A DNA stretch of 64,000 bases from Heptranchias perlo. Its lineage: Eukaryota. The position numbers and the translations under genes were made by a program. The notes beneath the pieces were generated by a model. It was not told the origin of the DNA and ran no database searches. It saw nothing but the letters and a program-made list of their open reading frames with translations. The stretch lies in assembly GCF_035084215.1 (NCBI RefSeq), contig NC_090360.1, forward strand, positions 10,850,001 to 10,914,000, read 5' to 3'. Below, piece by piece: positions 61,011-64,000 of this stretch (position 1 is its first letter; each line of letters begins with the position of its first letter).

Positions 61011-62177
61011 GAAGCAAAAGAAAAATGAACAGAAGGAGAAGTTGCTCATGTGCAGTATCTTGCTATGTGTACACTTTTCAGCAATGTTTTACAATGGTGT
61101 GCCCTGTTAAAGCTTTGGATTCCCCAATACAAATTTGATTGTGGAGTACAAGTGTATCTAAATACTGTGGATGCTCAGAATAAAAGTTTGCTTGGAATGA
61201 TATAAGTCATTGAAAATGGCAGCTAAATTAACCCTGTATTGTTTCTAATCACTTCAGTTCTTTGTCACTGACAAGGTATCATAGTATTCTGCAATGCTGT
61301 ATCCACCTGCAGCAACTATGCACACACAAACTCTTGTGCGATATACATTGAAGAACATGGTGCTGGCTGGAAAGCAGACCTGAAATCAGATAAAACCACA
61401 ATGTAATATTCGGTGTGCATTTTGATTTCCCCTCACAGGTTGTTTACATACAATTTTGGTTCACGTTGTGCTTTCTTCAGATCCCCACTACTGTCCAATG
61501 CTGAATAAATCCCTTTTTCAGCTGGGATGTGTCCTTATGAAGGCCCTTCCTCTGCCTCTTCCCTCGTCCTATAACCCAACATATAAAGCATATCATAACC
61601 TGGCTGAGAATTGTCAAAATTGAATGAAGGTAAATGCACTTAAATCACAAATGTCATTGCGATGCAGATGGGAATCCTTGGTTCTACGATGCAGTACTCT
61701 ATAATAAAGTTATGAAGCTGAGCTACATTTCAGATCTATACTTGAAAATGCGTTAATACTGTAGTGTGCTAGACTTCCGTTTAGTTACTTGCTAACTTTC
61801 CTGTCTCAAGTCATTTAGGTTGAATCTTTACTTGTGAGTTTCCAAAGACCGTTTTTGAAAGCAATTTCACACGTTGTCAATTATCGTGCTGCTCTGTGAC
61901 CATGTGATTGTGAAGTATCCAGGTGGATGTTGAATTCACATCCCCTACGGGTGTCACTCACCTGCCATTTTCTCCTTATGCTTTTTTTTTTGAAACACCT
62001 CGTCACGTGCCACCCACAATTCCCCATTTGAGAGGACATTCAAGTGATCCACTTCTTGCCCTCAGTAAATGCTTCTTTGCCGTTGGCTGGTCAGAGTTCT
62101 GTGAGAACTTCTGATTTTCACTCCCTTTGCTCTGTGCCTCCTCTAACAGTCTATGGAACGATGGGGAGTACAGTATT

Positions 62178-62789
62178 AAGAAAGAAAGACGTGCAATCCT
62201 TTCACGGCCTCAGGACGTCCCGAAGCGCTTTACAATCAATGAAGTACTTTTTGAAGTGTAGCCACTGTTGTAAATGTAGGAAATGCAGCAGCTAATTTAC
62301 GTGCAATAAGGTCCCACAAACAACCATGTGATAATGACCAGATAATCTGTTCTAGCGGTTTTGGTTGAGGGATAAATATTGGCCAGGACACCGGGGAGAA
62401 CTCCCCTGTTCTTCAAAATAGTGGCCGTGGGATCTTTTACGTCCACCTGAGAGGGCAGACGGGGCCTCGGTTTAACGTCTCATCCGAAAGACGGCACTCC
62501 AATGCAGTACTGTCGGAGGTATCAGCCTGGATTTTGTGCTCAATTCTCTGGAGTGGGACTTGAAGCCACAACCTTCTACTCAGAGATGAGGGTCAAAATC
62601 CTGGAACTCCCTTCCTAACAGCACTGTGGGAGAACCGTCACCACACGGACTGCAGCGGTTCAAGAAGGCGGCTCACCACCACCTTCTCGAGGGCAATTAG
62701 GGATGGGCAATAAATGCCGGCCTCGCCAGCGACGCCTACATCCCGTGAACGAATAAAAAAAAAAGACCCACTGAGCCACGGCTGATACC
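62178..62789 (-). mobile_element. DeuSINE (SacSINE1-like) with head split by a LINE family B 3' end
   Basis: Body 62178-62589; head remainder CCACTGAGCCACGGCTGATAC at 62765-62789. Confidence 0.9.
62590..62764 (+). mobile_element. LINE family B, short 3' end with poly(A)
   Basis: Matches 4680-4845. Confidence 0.92.
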
Positions 62790-63321
62790 TATATGTAGAC
62801 CCAAATCCTCCCCCTATTCTGTGGCACAGCCCATCACTTGCCACGGGAATGTCAATAGCATGATGGAGAGTACAGGACATAGACCCAAACACCCCCCCCC
62901 TCCCCCAAACTCTGTAGCACAGTTCCCCATTTGTAGCAGTTCTTTCTGTATTTACAAACAGACTTCTGGCAAGCAGCGAGTTTTAAACATGGAATAACTT
63001 CAGAATTGTGATGTTTGGCAGGGTAAATATACAGTATAGGGAGCGTCAGATCACACATCTCACAGTTTGACTGAGCTATTTTGACCTACGCCTGAAGAGA
63101 TGGCTGTTTGGCCGATCTCAATGTGATTAGAGTTGTATTTTGGAACTCTTGCTGTGACTTGAAACTAGGACAATAAAAGCACCACTGGGATAACAGATGT
63201 CAAAGTACACAAGCTAGGAAACAAAAAAAGGAGTCTTCAGAGGACTGTGGTTACAAGAAATGCCCTGAGTGAGTAAATATAAGACCCTGTAGCCTTGGTG
63301 AGAAGGTTATGAAGACATTGT

Positions 63322-64000
63322 GGGGCTTAAATTGGATAACCCCCGAAACTGGGCGCAGGGGTCACGGCGTGCGATTAACCTGGTCATTGAGATGTATACA
63401 GCAGGTAACATTCACGCTGCCTGGTGATTTACCTGACATCTGACAGCAACCAGGCCTAGCTGCGCTCTTGAGCGGCTGCCAACTAGCAGGGGGGCCCCGA
63501 TATTGAGAGTGGCTAGCACCACGTAGAGGCAGCCTGCACCTCTTAAAGGCAGCCTGCACCTCTTATTTGCAAAATATAGGTTACGGGTCCGCACGACTTC
63601 TGAACAGAGATCAGAAATCGCACACATAAAACACAGATGCAGGTCCTGTCCCTATGTTTACAAACTGTTGAGTTATGTTAAAACATTGAATAAAGGTTGC
63701 ACACTAGTAAATCCCACATCCTCCAATCTGCACACCAGATCTTACCGATCTGAGTTTGTACCAGACCTGCGAGAGAGCATGCACCAAGGTTCTCTGCTGA
63801 TGTACTAGAGGCCTTGGTGCAAGAGGTGGACAGAAGGAGGGACATCCTATATCTGCAGGGGGGCAAGAGGCCCTCCAGGCATATGCTCTGGAGGCAGTAG
63901 GGGACAAAGTCAATGCCAGGCACAAAGCACCACAAACATGGATGCAGTGTAGGAAGAAGTTCAATGCTTTGACACGAGTGGTCAAGGTGAGAGGTTTGTC
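63322..64000 (+). mobile_element. PIF/Harbinger-type DNA transposon, left part (runs off the window)
   Basis: Terminus GGGGCTTAAATTGG followed by a Myb/SANT-like coding exon. Confidence 0.7.
63763..63986 (+). pseudogene. Myb/SANT-like DNA-binding domain exon (Harbinger accessory protein, NAIF1/MSANTD-like), frameshifted
   Basis: REHAPRFSADVLEALVQEVDRRRDILY...MLWRQ*, then frameshift to EAVGDKVNA...TWMQCRKKFNALTRVVK|GTGAG donor. Confidence 0.75.

Overview
Vertebrate genomic DNA, almost certainly from a shark or other cartilaginous fish (inferred from SacSINE1-type DeuSINEs and CR1 tails resembling HER1/HE1). It is mostly non-coding and repeat-rich, and no intact host protein-coding gene is recognisable. 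Nearly all listed ORFs are decayed transposon fragments or noise. Contents: many CR1 LINE pieces (several nested), a young invertebrate-like CR1-group LINE family (6 copies), L2 fragments, DeuSINEs and a second unnamed SINE family, Neptune-type Penelope-like element (PLE) RT/GIY-YIG fossils, a probable Ty3/Gypsy fossil, Harbinger-type DNA transposons/MITEs and a Myb/SANT pseudo-exon. The most notable signal is five short copies of one PLE terminal repeat (pLTR) family; four carry a minimal hammerhead ribozyme and three have target-site duplications. They show inverted (twin-priming-like) structures that reuse one internal breakpoint next to a 35-39 nt tail. One copy starts within 1 nt of the predicted ribozyme cut site, and two copies sit within about 10 bp of the same position in the GIY-YIG region of another PLE family. 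A candidate promoter, a 46-nt signal-peptide-like exon and one exon with strong splice signals suggest an unidentified plus-strand host gene. All calls were made by eye and boundaries of old repeats are approximate.
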